Shown here in pieces: positions 8,857 through 17,528 of a stretch of 64,000 bases of DNA. Below the pieces are notes generated by a model. That model saw only the letters and a list, made by a program, of their open reading frames with translations, made no database searches and was not told the DNA's origin. Made by a program: the position numbers and the translations under genes. The stretch comes from an uncultured Candidatus Saccharibacteria bacterium (lineage in GTDB: Bacteria > Patescibacteriota > Minisyncoccia > Phycocordibacterales > UBA9973): NCBI GenBank assembly GCA_964599225.1, contig CAZRDO010000003.1, forward strand, positions 8,066 through 72,065, read 5' to 3'. Position 1 is the stretch's first letter; every line of letters begins with the position of its first letter.

Positions 8857-8886
8857 ATCCGGGCTTTTTTGCCCGGATTCATTTTT
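8857..8886. terminator. Rho-independent terminator (bidirectional, between convergent genes)
   Basis: Stem ATCCGGGC / GCCCGGAT with a TTTTTT loop, A-tract upstream and T-tract downstream. Confidence 0.7.
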
Positions 8887-8899
8887 ATAATAAGCATGC

Positions 8900-9616
8900 T
8901 TAGGCATCTCTACGCTCAAATGTTTCACGATCTGATTTAAAACAGAGAAGCGCCAGATGATAAATCGTGTAGGTGATAAAGAAAGCTGCCAAAACATCAA
9001 TTGAATAGTGAAGATGAGCGAGGAGTACGACTATTCCAAAGAATCCTGCAGCTGAGACAAAAAATGTTCGCAAAACTTTTTGTTCCTGGAAAATCAGTGC
9101 AAGGAGGAAAGGCAGTCCTGTATGCCCAGAGAAGAATAAGTCTCCGCCAAAGGTAAATTTAGCGATTAAATTGCTCGTCGGAATAATAGCTTCAGTCGGG
9201 AAGGGTCCGATATGAGTGAGCGATATGAAGAGCGAACGAATGAGTACAAAGAGTGCAACCGTTTTAAGTGTGAAGGGGATATGTTTGGGGTTTGTGACAA
9301 GGAGTGTACTGACAAATATCCAAAAGAGTACTGAGCCGTAGACGAAGACGCCTTCAAGGTAGAAAATTGGGATGTTATTGAGTATCAAATCAGTGACTGG
9401 GTTACTAGCACGCTCTGTAGCATAGGTCCCAGCATAGTAGTTCACCACAAGACTTCCAAAGAGGAGCAGAAATGCGCCAAGGAATGAATACACGAAGTTT
9501 CGCTCTCGGAAGAGTTTTTTGTATTTGAGTATGATCTGGCTTACGTGTGCTCCAAGCATGGTCATAAGGATTAGGGTGAGTATAACATTAATATTTAGAG
9601 AAAAATCGTTTCTCAA
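8900..9616 (-). CDS. PAP2 superfamily membrane protein (lipid phosphate phosphatase-like)
   Basis: Polytopic membrane protein with FFSGHTG (PSGH-like) and AHLHYSIDVLAA (SRxxxxxHxxxD-like) phosphatase motifs. Confidence 0.55.
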   Translation of the reverse strand: MRNDFSLNINVILTLILMTMLGAHVSQIILKYKKLFRERNFVYSFLGAFLLLFGSLVVNYYAGTYATERASNPVTDLILNNIPIFYLEGVFVYGSVLFWIFVSTLLVTNPKHIPFTLKTVALFVLIRSLFISLTHIGPFPTEAIIPTSNLIAKFTFGGDLFFSGHTGLPFLLALIFQEQKVLRTFFVSAAGFFGIVVLLAHLHYSIDVLAAFFITYTIYHLALLCFKSDRETFERRDA

Positions 9617-9632
9617 CTACAATAAAGATTAT

Positions 9633-10199
9633 ATGTGGGATCTTATAATGGCCTATAAATATATCATTCTCATACCACTAGCGACACTTGAGGGGCCGTT
9701 TATCATGATGTTTTCTGGTTCTCTCATTAAGCTCGACTATCTATCATTTTGGCCTGCCTTTCTAGTACTTATGTGCGGAGACCTCTTAGCAGATGTCCTA
9801 TGGTATTGGATTGGCTACACATGGGGTGAGAAATTTATCAGACGCTTTGGAAAGCTCTTTGGCGTCAGTATGGTTGAAGTAGAAAAAGCCAAAACTATTT
9901 TTCATACCCACAAGAATTCTATCCTCTTTGTTTCGAAAATTACGATGGGTTTTGGTTTCGCGACTGCCGTACTGGTCACTGCAGGTTTGGTTGGAATTCC
10001 ATTTAAGAGGTATGTACTACTCAATGTACTGGGACAAATTGTCTGGACGAGTGTGCTAATTGGAGTTGGATTCTTTTTTGGTAATTTCTATCAATCACTC
10101 AATTCAATATTTGAACAACTCTCATTCATTGCTGGTGCAGTAATCGTGATGTGGTTACTTTTCAAATTTGTAAAAGGAGCATTAAAAAAACATATATAA
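9633..10199 (+). CDS. DedA/TVP38 (VTT domain) family membrane protein
   Basis: LIPLATLEGPFIMMFSGSL is a DedA signature. I take the ATG at 9633 (MWDLIMAYK) rather than the track start at 9519, which overlaps the 5' end of the upstream minus-strand gene. Confidence 0.7.
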   Translation: MWDLIMAYKYIILIPLATLEGPFIMMFSGSLIKLDYLSFWPAFLVLMCGDLLADVLWYWIGYTWGEKFIRRFGKLFGVSMVEVEKAKTIFHTHKNSILFVSKITMGFGFATAVLVTAGLVGIPFKRYVLLNVLGQIVWTSVLIGVGFFFGNFYQSLNSIFEQLSFIAGAVIVMWLLFKFVKGALKKHI

Positions 10200-10206
10200 T
10201 AGAGCC

Positions 10207-10923
10207 ATGATTTCCATCATTATTCCTACACTCAATGAAGAAAAGATAATTGCAAAGACACTAGAGAGTCTCAAGAGTATTCGAGTCCCGTGCGAACTCA
10301 TTGTTTCTGATGCTAAGAGTAGTGACAGTACAGCACTCTTAGCACGTCCTTTGGCAGACAAGGTTGTTATCCATGATGGTGAGTATCGTCAAACAATTGC
10401 AGAAGGCAGGAATAAAGGTGCTGTAGTCGCTCATGGAGAAATCCTACTTTTCCTCGACGCTGACTGTACTATACCGAATCCAGAAACTTTTTTCCCAAAA
10501 GTCTTATTACATTTTGAAAATCCTGACATAGTCGCGCTCACTGTTCCGTACAAAGTACCACCCGATGTTGCTACGAGAGGGGATAGAATTATGGAGCGCA
10601 TTGTCAGTACTCTATTTCGCATTTCCAACAATGTCTTCCACAACGGGCGCGCATCTGGAGAATTCCAGATGATGCGCAAATCGGCATTTGAAAAGGTTGG
10701 CGGGTATAACAGTGCACTTGTGGTAGGTGAAGATATTGATATGTTCAGTAGGCTCTCAAAGATTGGCCGGACATACTTTGATTCGAGTGTCTTTATTTAT
10801 CATACTGGGCGACGGGCGCACACTATTGGATGGCCGCGACTTCTGGTACTCTGGTTACTTAATGGATTTTCAGTCGCTATTCGTGGTAAATCATATTCTA
10901 AAGAATGGAAACCAATCCGTTAA
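10207..10923 (+). CDS. Glycosyltransferase family 2 (polyprenyl-phosphate sugar transferase-like)
   Basis: N-terminal ISIIIPTLNEE and a DxD-type motif (LFLDADC), in a small (~235 aa) GT2 format. Confidence 0.8.
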   Translation: MISIIIPTLNEEKIIAKTLESLKSIRVPCELIVSDAKSSDSTALLARPLADKVVIHDGEYRQTIAEGRNKGAVVAHGEILLFLDADCTIPNPETFFPKVLLHFENPDIVALTVPYKVPPDVATRGDRIMERIVSTLFRISNNVFHNGRASGEFQMMRKSAFEKVGGYNSALVVGEDIDMFSRLSKIGRTYFDSSVFIYHTGRRAHTIGWPRLLVLWLLNGFSVAIRGKSYSKEWKPIR

Positions 10924-10941
10924 TTGTAGATATCTTATTTT

Positions 10942-11640
10942 ATGAAAGTTTCAATTGTTATTCCAGCACATAATGAAGAAGATTCACTTGCCGAGACACT
11001 CAGACATGTGCTTGCACTAGAGTACAGTGATTTTGAAGTCATCGTCGTTGATAATGCGAGTACTGATCGGACGAGTGAAATTGCGCGAGAGTTTCCCGTC
11101 CTCGTCGTATATGAGAAGAACAAAGGGTTACTTCATGCGCGTGAATGTGGCAGGTGTCATGCTAAAGGTGAAATTATAGCTAACATTGATGCTGATTGCT
11201 TGCCCGATCCAGACTGGCTGGCAAAAGGCCTCCCATACTTCGATGATCCTCAAGTAGTCTCAGTTTCTGGTCCGTATGATTACTATGACAGCAAGCCGTG
11301 GTTTCGAACTATTTCATCGTTTGTTCAGACCAAAGGTTTTAGTGCACTATCACGGTTTCTTTTACGAATTGGAAAACATGGGGTGATGATTGGCGGTAAT
11401 AATTTAATTAGAGCTCGTACATTAGAGTCACTGGGAGGGTACAATACAGATATATTGTTCTATGGTGAAGATACTGACACAGCCAAGAGAGTTTCAAAAG
11501 AGGGTCGAATCGTTTTCGACAGAGGATTTGTTATGAAGAGTTCAGGAAGACGTTTCAAGCGTCACGGGACACTCAGTATCTTTCTCCTCTACATCTACCA
11601 TTTTTTAAAAGTTTCATTTTTCTCAAAGACCAAGATCTAA
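10942..11640 (+). CDS. Glycosyltransferase family 2
   Basis: VSIVIPAHNEE, VVDNASTD and IANIDADC motifs; paralogous to the preceding gene. Confidence 0.8.
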   Translation: MKVSIVIPAHNEEDSLAETLRHVLALEYSDFEVIVVDNASTDRTSEIAREFPVLVVYEKNKGLLHARECGRCHAKGEIIANIDADCLPDPDWLAKGLPYFDDPQVVSVSGPYDYYDSKPWFRTISSFVQTKGFSALSRFLLRIGKHGVMIGGNNLIRARTLESLGGYNTDILFYGEDTDTAKRVSKEGRIVFDRGFVMKSSGRRFKRHGTLSIFLLYIYHFLKVSFFSKTKI

Positions 11641-11695
11641 ATGGGCCACTACGTCATGACTTCCAAAAAGAGAGTGGCGACGGTATACTTCATAT

Positions 11696-12181
11696 ATGGA
11701 TCTTCACCCTATTTTCGTTCATTTTCCAATTGCGCTCCTCACACTCTATGCACTTGCTGAATTGCTTCCATTAAAGCTTACTCAAAAAATTCATGGATTC
11801 CATTTAATCAAACAAGCCTTCCTCTATATAGGTGTATTGAGTAGCTCTGTTACTCTCTATACAGGACTTCAAGCTGGAGAAAAGCTTGAGGGGACTATCA
11901 TTCATGAGCTCGCGGATACACATGAGCTTTTTGCAATCATTTCAGTTAGTATCTTTTCCTTTATTATGCTGAGCTACTTGTTTTCTTATTTCACCAGAGA
12001 ACAATCACAAGTGCTTATACAGAGATATCATGTAGTAAAGCTTTTCCCTATTTTTAGAAAAATCTTCGCAGTTATTGGGCTTATCACCATTACTATTACA
12101 GGTACCCTAGGAGGGATTATTGTATATGGACCTGATATTGATCCGGTCGCACAATTTATTTACTCACTATTCTTTTCATAG
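11696..12181 (+). CDS. Membrane protein (DUF2231-like)
   Basis: HPIFVHFPIALL N-terminal motif and four predicted TM helices. A TATACT -10 hexamer lies 6 nt upstream of the ATG. Confidence 0.45.
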   Translation: MDLHPIFVHFPIALLTLYALAELLPLKLTQKIHGFHLIKQAFLYIGVLSSSVTLYTGLQAGEKLEGTIIHELADTHELFAIISVSIFSFIMLSYLFSYFTREQSQVLIQRYHVVKLFPIFRKIFAVIGLITITITGTLGGIIVYGPDIDPVAQFIYSLFFS

Positions 12182-12209
12182 CATCCCTGGAATTGAGTGC
12201 GTTGTAATT

Positions 12210-12962
12210 ATGAGTATGCTTCCACAAATTAAAGATAAAATCATTGAGCGCCCAGGAACGTATAAAGGTAAGCGCAAGCAGTTCATTCCAGATCAGAATT
12301 ATGATGAATTTTGGGCGAAGTTTTATCAAAAAATCCGTGCATTACCTGATTTAATTTTCCCGATTAAACGTGGCAATAAAACAATTGATCCATATTTTGG
12401 CTATTTTGGCTATCGGTATCACCCGGTTGCACATCGACCAAACTATTTTCATGTGGGAGTCGATATCCAAGGTAAGATTGGAACAAACATTTATCCGATT
12501 CTTCCTGGTGTTTTTGAATATTCTGGTTATGGAACGACGAACGGTAACTATATTCTCATTGCCCATCCTGACGTCGTCACTGAGGATGGCTTCGTACTCC
12601 ACTCACTCTACATGCATCTTGATTCCGCACTCATAAAATTTACTCCCTATCAAAAAATGCTTCGAGAAATTAGCCGTCATACCTACCCCAAAATCCAAAT
12701 ACCAACTTCACAAATCATTGGAACCCTTGGTAATACTGGTGACTTGCGGGGGATAGTGCCACATCTTCATCTCCAGCTCGAATTCATTGACGCAAAGGGC
12801 AAAATTGTGGTTATCGACGGCGCTCGAGTTCTTGGTAAAAAAACTGGAGAAAACTTAACGAAAAAAATTGCACGGCAAAGTGAATTTCGCTCCTTTATTA
12901 AGGAGCACCGTGCCTCTCTTCTGCCTTGGCGTACCTATTGGGGCGAGGATCTCTTCTTATAA
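12210..12962 (+). CDS. M23 family metallopeptidase
   Basis: HVGVDI (HxxxD) and PHLHLQL (HxH) zinc-ligand motifs. Start set at the ATG at 12210 (MSMLPQ); the longer track ORF overlaps the previous gene. Confidence 0.75.
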   Translation: MSMLPQIKDKIIERPGTYKGKRKQFIPDQNYDEFWAKFYQKIRALPDLIFPIKRGNKTIDPYFGYFGYRYHPVAHRPNYFHVGVDIQGKIGTNIYPILPGVFEYSGYGTTNGNYILIAHPDVVTEDGFVLHSLYMHLDSALIKFTPYQKMLREISRHTYPKIQIPTSQIIGTLGNTGDLRGIVPHLHLQLEFIDAKGKIVVIDGARVLGKKTGENLTKKIARQSEFRSFIKEHRASLLPWRTYWGEDLFL

Positions 12963-12987
12963 CAATCCACTGTGTTAGAATTCAAGT

Positions 12988-13155
12988 ATGGAATCCCTTA
13001 CTATTATCAATACCATCCTCGCCTCAATTGAGGCTTTTGGCTACGTCAAATTCGCAAGCTTTGTTATTGCCGATATTGTGCTCTGGCGTATTCACCCAAT
13101 TTTAGGTCTTCTCGGGACACTCTTTACGTTTGCGCTCTTACTTCACCTTATCTAG
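12988..13155 (+). CDS. Small hydrophobic protein (55 aa), hypothetical
   Basis: ATG-initiated ORF MESLTIINTILASIEAFGYVKFASF... in an otherwise empty 400-nt gap. It is below the ORF-track length cutoff. Confidence 0.25.
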   Translation: MESLTIINTILASIEAFGYVKFASFVIADIVLWRIHPILGLLGTLFTFALLLHLI

Positions 13156-13361
13156 AGATTGAACAAATCATTCAACATTTTTGACCAGGTATCCCCTAGG
13201 TAATTTACTATGAGAAATGCTGGCAGAAAAATAACTGAGAGAAGAATAAAGATAGGCAGTTTTAGAAGTTTTTCAAACATAGAGACATTGTACGCTAGGA
13301 CAAGCATCTAGTTCAAGTCAAGACTTTTCTTACCTAGGGGTGCTAGGGTATACTACGATCC

Positions 13362-13835
13362 ATGGAAAGAACCAAAAAACAGAAGACTGAACTTCTAGGC
13401 TCAGTCGTGATAGTAATTATTGTTATCGTGTTAGGCGTCGTGTTTATGCGAATGAACGGATCGTCGACACACACAAATGGAACTACAATGAATAATGAAG
13501 TAACAACCGCATCAGGTCTCGTTTATACAATTACAAAGCCAGGTTCTGGAGCAATTGCCAAGGCCGGAGATAAAGTGCAAGTTCATTACACTGGCACACT
13601 AGCTGACGGCACTGTCTTTGACTCAAGTGTCACACGAGGAGCGCCGTTTGAATTTAATCTTGGTGCTGGCCAAGTGATTGCAGGCTGGGACGAAGGTGTC
13701 GCAGGCATGGAGATTGGAGAGAAGAGAACCCTCGTGATTCCGGCCAATCTAGCTTATGGAGATAATGGTGTTCCTGGAGCGATTCCACCAGGAGCAACAC
13801 TTACATTCGAAGTAGAATTACTCGCTATTCTCTAA
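13362..13835 (+). CDS. FKBP-type peptidyl-prolyl cis-trans isomerase, membrane-anchored
   Basis: N-terminal TM helix, then the canonical FKBP fold sequence (VHYTGTLADGTVFDSS...GAGQVIAGWDEGVAGMEIGEKRTLVIP...LTFEVELL). Confidence 0.9.
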   Translation: MERTKKQKTELLGSVVIVIIVIVLGVVFMRMNGSSTHTNGTTMNNEVTTASGLVYTITKPGSGAIAKAGDKVQVHYTGTLADGTVFDSSVTRGAPFEFNLGAGQVIAGWDEGVAGMEIGEKRTLVIPANLAYGDNGVPGAIPPGATLTFEVELLAIL

Positions 13836-13918
13836 ATGTAGGAAAAAGAGAAAATTTTGAAAAACCTATTTTTAGGCTATACTAAGCTCACTTATTATTA
13901 AAAACATACATATTCACT

Positions 13919-14704
13919 ATGATTACACTCTCAACTACAGAACAGAAGCGCCTTACCGTACTTATCTCAATCGTACTTGCAATTCTTGCCTTACTTTTAT
14001 TCGTTAAATTTGCTTCTGCAGCCAAAGCCTACCGCTATATTGGGGCAGGGACCAATACTGCAACGACTATTTCAGTGAATGGTACAGGGGAGATTTTTGC
14101 AGTACCAGATATCGCGACAATTAATTTCACTGTACGTGGTACAGGTAAAGACTTAAAAGCTGCGCATGACCAAGTTATTGAGGTCATGGATAAGGCACTT
14201 GAGAAGACCAAAGAACTCGGTATTGAAGACAAAGATACCAAAACACTCACTGATTCTGGAAATCCAGTCTACGACTATGGCCGTCCTTGCTACGTCTATC
14301 CATGTTCACCAACCCAGAATAAAATCACGAGTTATGAATGGGCGGAAACTATTGAGCTCAAAATTCGCAACACTGATGATACAGGAGCAGTTTCTGAAGC
14401 ACTCTCCGCACTTGGCGTGACAGAAATTCAGGGACCAAACTTCACGATTGATGATCCAGAAAAAGTAAATAATGATGCTCGCGATATGGCAATCGAGAAC
14501 GCCAAAGAAAAAGCCGACATCCTTGCAAAATCACTCGGGGTCAAACTTGTGCGCATTGTGAATTTCACTGAAAGTGGCTATAGTCCTTACTATTATGAAA
14601 AGGCAGTTATGATGGACAGTGCCGCCTCAAACCAGGCCTCTACAGTCCCAGTCGGTCAGAATCAAATCACTTCAAACGTCACAATTACCTACGAGATTCG
14701 CTAA
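13919..14704 (+). CDS. SIMPL/DUF541 domain protein (periplasmic immunogenic protein-like)
   Basis: TM anchor, then ISVNGTGEIFAVPDIATINFTV... and a C-terminal QNQITSNVTITYEI pattern typical of the SIMPL family. Confidence 0.6.
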   Translation: MITLSTTEQKRLTVLISIVLAILALLLFVKFASAAKAYRYIGAGTNTATTISVNGTGEIFAVPDIATINFTVRGTGKDLKAAHDQVIEVMDKALEKTKELGIEDKDTKTLTDSGNPVYDYGRPCYVYPCSPTQNKITSYEWAETIELKIRNTDDTGAVSEALSALGVTEIQGPNFTIDDPEKVNNDARDMAIENAKEKADILAKSLGVKLVRIVNFTESGYSPYYYEKAVMMDSAASNQASTVPVGQNQITSNVTITYEIR

Positions 14705-14737
14705 GCTTCTGTTGTTGAATTGAAGTTTTAGAAATAT

Positions 14738-14765
14738 AAAAACCCTTTTAAATAAAGGGTTTTTA
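14738..14765. terminator. Rho-independent terminator
   Basis: AAAAACCCTTTTAAATAAAGGGTTTTT hairpin with a T-tract. A second GC hairpin (AAAAGCCCCGCGAGGGGTTTT) lies at 14807-14828. Confidence 0.65.
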
Positions 14766-14884
14766 TATTAGCTTTTGACATTTTCGTATAGTTTGCTACC
14801 ATACATAAAAAGCCCCGCGAGGGGTTTTAAAAATGGCTTTATTCCTTCTATTTACTACTTACTAATAACTATTTACATAATTTT

Positions 14885-15067
14885 ATGTCCATTATTGATT
14901 ACATAAAAGAAACCAAGGCTGAGTTTGTCCACGTCAATTGGCCAAGTCGCGAATCACTTATCTGGCTCACTATTTCGGTATTACTCGTTACTATTATTAT
15001 TGCAGCATACCTCGGAGCGCTCGACTTTCTTTTTGCCCGCTTCATTAAGTCATTCATCTCAGCGTAA
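14885..15067 (+). CDS. secE: Preprotein translocase subunit SecE
   Basis: A 60-aa single-TM protein in the conserved position immediately upstream of nusG. Confidence 0.75.
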   Translation: MSIIDYIKETKAEFVHVNWPSRESLIWLTISVLLVTIIIAAYLGALDFLFARFIKSFISA

Positions 15068-15108
15068 TAAATCCATTTACTATTTTCTACTAACTATTTA
15101 CTACTCAA

Positions 15109-15654
15109 ATGGCAAAACAAGAAACAACAGGGGAGCGACACTGGTACGCAATTCATACCTACTCAGGATATGAAAACGCCGTCTTACGCAACCTTAAGCA
15201 GCGCATTGAATCACTCGGTGTTGAAGATAAAATCTTTAATGTCGTCGTCCCTACAGAGAAAAAAATTAAGGTCAAAGGCGGTAAGCGTGTTGAAATTGAA
15301 GAGAAGATTTATCCAGGCTATGTGCTCGTTGATATGGTGGTGACCGATGATTCATGGTTTGTGGTGCGCAACACGCCTCGTGTAACGGGATTCGTCGGAG
15401 CAGGGGTTAATCCAGTGCCACTTCAACAAGAAGAGATTGATTTTCTTTTCTCACGCATGGACAAGAATACGCCTATGCATACCGTTGAGCTTGAAATCAA
15501 TGAGTCAGTCACGATTAGTGATGGACCATTCAAAGATCTTGAAGGAAAAGTCTTCGAAGTTGATCGTGAACGTGGTAAGGTCAAGGTTCTTGTGTCACTC
15601 TTCGGTCGCGAGACACCGGTCGAGCTCGATTTCTTGCAAGTGAAGAAAATCTAG
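15109..15654 (+). CDS. nusG: Transcription termination/antitermination factor NusG
   Basis: NGN domain ([14 protein letters not shown]) and C-terminal KOW ([28 protein letters not shown]). Confidence 0.9.
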   Translation: MAKQETTGERHWYAIHTYSGYENAVLRNLKQRIESLGVEDKIFNVVVPTEKKIKVKGGKRVEIEEKIYPGYVLVDMVVTDDSWFVVRNTPRVTGFVGAGVNPVPLQQEEIDFLFSRMDKNTPMHTVELEINESVTISDGPFKDLEGKVFEVDRERGKVKVLVSLFGRETPVELDFLQVKKI

Positions 15655-15748
15655 CCTAATACTAAGTTTTCTGCTAAAGTAGCCTCGTTACGCTCTCTAG
15701 AGTTCGCTTCACTCTCACCTATAACCTAACCCCTATAATCTAATTCAT

Positions 15749-16171
15749 ATGGCCAAAAAAATTACAAAACAAATCAAACTCCAAGTCCCTGCAGGTAAGG
15801 CAACTCCTGCCGGCAAGCTCGGTCCTGCGCTTGGTCAGGCCGGTGTCAATATTGGTGACTTCGTACAGAAATTTAATGCCGCAACTAGCTCAATGATGGG
15901 AGATAATGTCGGTGTGGTGATTTCAGTCTACGAAGATCGTAGTTATGATTTTATCATCAAAACCCCTCCAGTTTCTGATCTCTTGAAAAAAGCAGCTGGT
16001 GTAGAATCGCTCTCAGGTAAACCAAACACCAAAAAAGTTGGTTCAATTACCAAAGCGCAACTGAAAGAAATTGCTGAGAAGAAAATGCCAGACCTAAATG
16101 CACACGATATCGAAGCGGCAATGAAAATTGTTGAAGGCTCTGCTCGATCTGCTGGAATAGAAATAAAATAA
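15749..16171 (+). CDS. rplK: 50S ribosomal protein L11
   Basis: [39 protein letters not shown] is the canonical L11 N-terminal domain. Confidence 0.95.
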   Translation: MAKKITKQIKLQVPAGKATPAGKLGPALGQAGVNIGDFVQKFNAATSSMMGDNVGVVISVYEDRSYDFIIKTPPVSDLLKKAAGVESLSGKPNTKKVGSITKAQLKEIAEKKMPDLNAHDIEAAMKIVEGSARSAGIEIK

Positions 16172-16243
16172 CACTCGTATTAATTTTTTAGAGCTATGTA
16201 AGAACAGCGCTCAAAAAAATCTTTACTCACTTGAATAGGCAAA

Positions 16244-16272
16244 TAAAAAGGAGACCACTAAGGTCTCTTTTT
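16244..16272. terminator. Bidirectional rho-independent terminator
   Basis: AAAAAGGAGACC-ACTAA-GGTCTCTTTTT hairpin between convergent rplK and folA. Confidence 0.7.
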
Positions 16273-16284
16273 GCTATATAGTAG

Positions 16285-16809
16285 TTATTTGCTTTCTCGT
16301 ACAAGATGATGGAAGGAATAGTTATGGGTACTTCCAGGTTCGTTGAAGATCTCTACTGGTTTGGTATCTTCTCTCCATAACCCATCCACCCAATCAAGGA
16401 AGTAAGTATCTCCCTCAATACTAATATCCATTACCCTTGTTAGATAGAATTCATCAGCTCTTGGCCAGGTTGCATTGAAAATTTGCTCTCCTCCTATGAC
16501 AAAAACCGTCCCATCCGGCGAGTGCGATTGTGCTATTTCCAGAGCTTTCTCTACGCTTGTTGCGTAGAGGACATTATCATACTCCTTAAATTTTGAGGGA
16601 TTCCTCGTGATAACAATGTTTATTCTCCCTGGCAATGGCTTTTTGAGCATATCCAGGATTGATTGGAAGGTATTAGCTCCCATAATGACATTTGAACCCA
16701 TTGTCACCCTCTTAAAATTAGGCAAATCCTGTTTTAGGGTCCAAGGAAGTTTATTATTTTTACCGATCACACCGTTTAATGCGACGGCGGCAATCAATGC
16801 TATTTTCAT
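16285..16809 (-). CDS. folA: Dihydrofolate reductase
   Basis: MKIALIAAVALNGVIGKNNKLPW...VIMGANTF...IVITRN...VIGGEQIF pattern. Confidence 0.85.
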   Translation of the reverse strand: MKIALIAAVALNGVIGKNNKLPWTLKQDLPNFKRVTMGSNVIMGANTFQSILDMLKKPLPGRINIVITRNPSKFKEYDNVLYATSVEKALEIAQSHSPDGTVFVIGGEQIFNATWPRADEFYLTRVMDISIEGDTYFLDWVDGLWREDTKPVEIFNEPGSTHNYSFHHLVRESK

Positions 16810-16946
16810 TTTTGTATTTTTTCTATCAGGAGATTAACATAGGATTCTCCATTAAACAAACATGTAATTGATGTATTAAAATATGAAGTTTTAATAAAAA
16901 AAGTTTGGTAAATTGATCCAGTAGACAGGAATCAATATTTGTTGTA

Positions 16947-17474
16947 ATGTGCAAAAAGAAAAATTTCGTTATGGATACCAAGATAATGTTTCTGCCTATT
17001 ACCGAGCGGGGAACATTCATCCGCTCCGGTAGAGAAATTGATGAGTTTCCAATTGAGCTGATATTGTTTGTCGAGCGTGTAATGACTGCGGTTGCGATTG
17101 ATTATGAATGTTCAGCGCTTATTTTTTTCAAAGATTCGCGTAGTGAACAGATTATCGAAGCCAAGGATTTGGTGTTCAAAATTTTGCAGGAAAAAACATG
17201 GTGTGACTGGCGAGCGCTTGCCAGGTTACTTTGGCTCAAAGACATTGTGGCCGTTAACCGAATCAAACATCGTCACAATGAGAGGATGGTGAGTTCTGAT
17301 GAGTGCCATACAAAGTACAAAAAAGTCCATAAGCGACTTGTCAGAATATTTCCAGACATGAAAGTGAAATTTAAGGATCACAAACTCATGATTGTTGAAA
17401 CGGATAATAGGTATAAAAAGTATCTCTATAAAAAGAAACAACGTTGTAAAGGTATATTAAAGAACGCCTCATGA
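16947..17474 (+). CDS. Hypothetical protein
   Basis: 175-aa ORF divergent from folA and followed by a terminator. An alternative ATG lies at 16971. No recognisable domain. Confidence 0.4.
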   Translation: MCKKKNFVMDTKIMFLPITERGTFIRSGREIDEFPIELILFVERVMTAVAIDYECSALIFFKDSRSEQIIEAKDLVFKILQEKTWCDWRALARLLWLKDIVAVNRIKHRHNERMVSSDECHTKYKKVHKRLVRIFPDMKVKFKDHKLMIVETDNRYKKYLYKKKQRCKGILKNAS

Positions 17475-17498
17475 AGCCTGTTGTAAGGCTTTTTTATT
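17474..17498 (+). terminator. Rho-independent terminator
   Basis: AAGCCT-GTTGTA-AGGCTT hairpin followed by TTTTTATTTT. Confidence 0.65.
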
Positions 17499-17528
17499 TT
17501 GTCCCAATCCTGTAGACTCTTACTATCA

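Noticed and set aside
14705-14884. Expected tRNA-Trp upstream of secE
   Set aside because: The spacer contains only A/T-rich sequence and two terminator hairpins. No cloverleaf-compatible GC-rich ~75-nt segment or T-loop GTTC motif was found, and no tRNA could be supported anywhere in the window.
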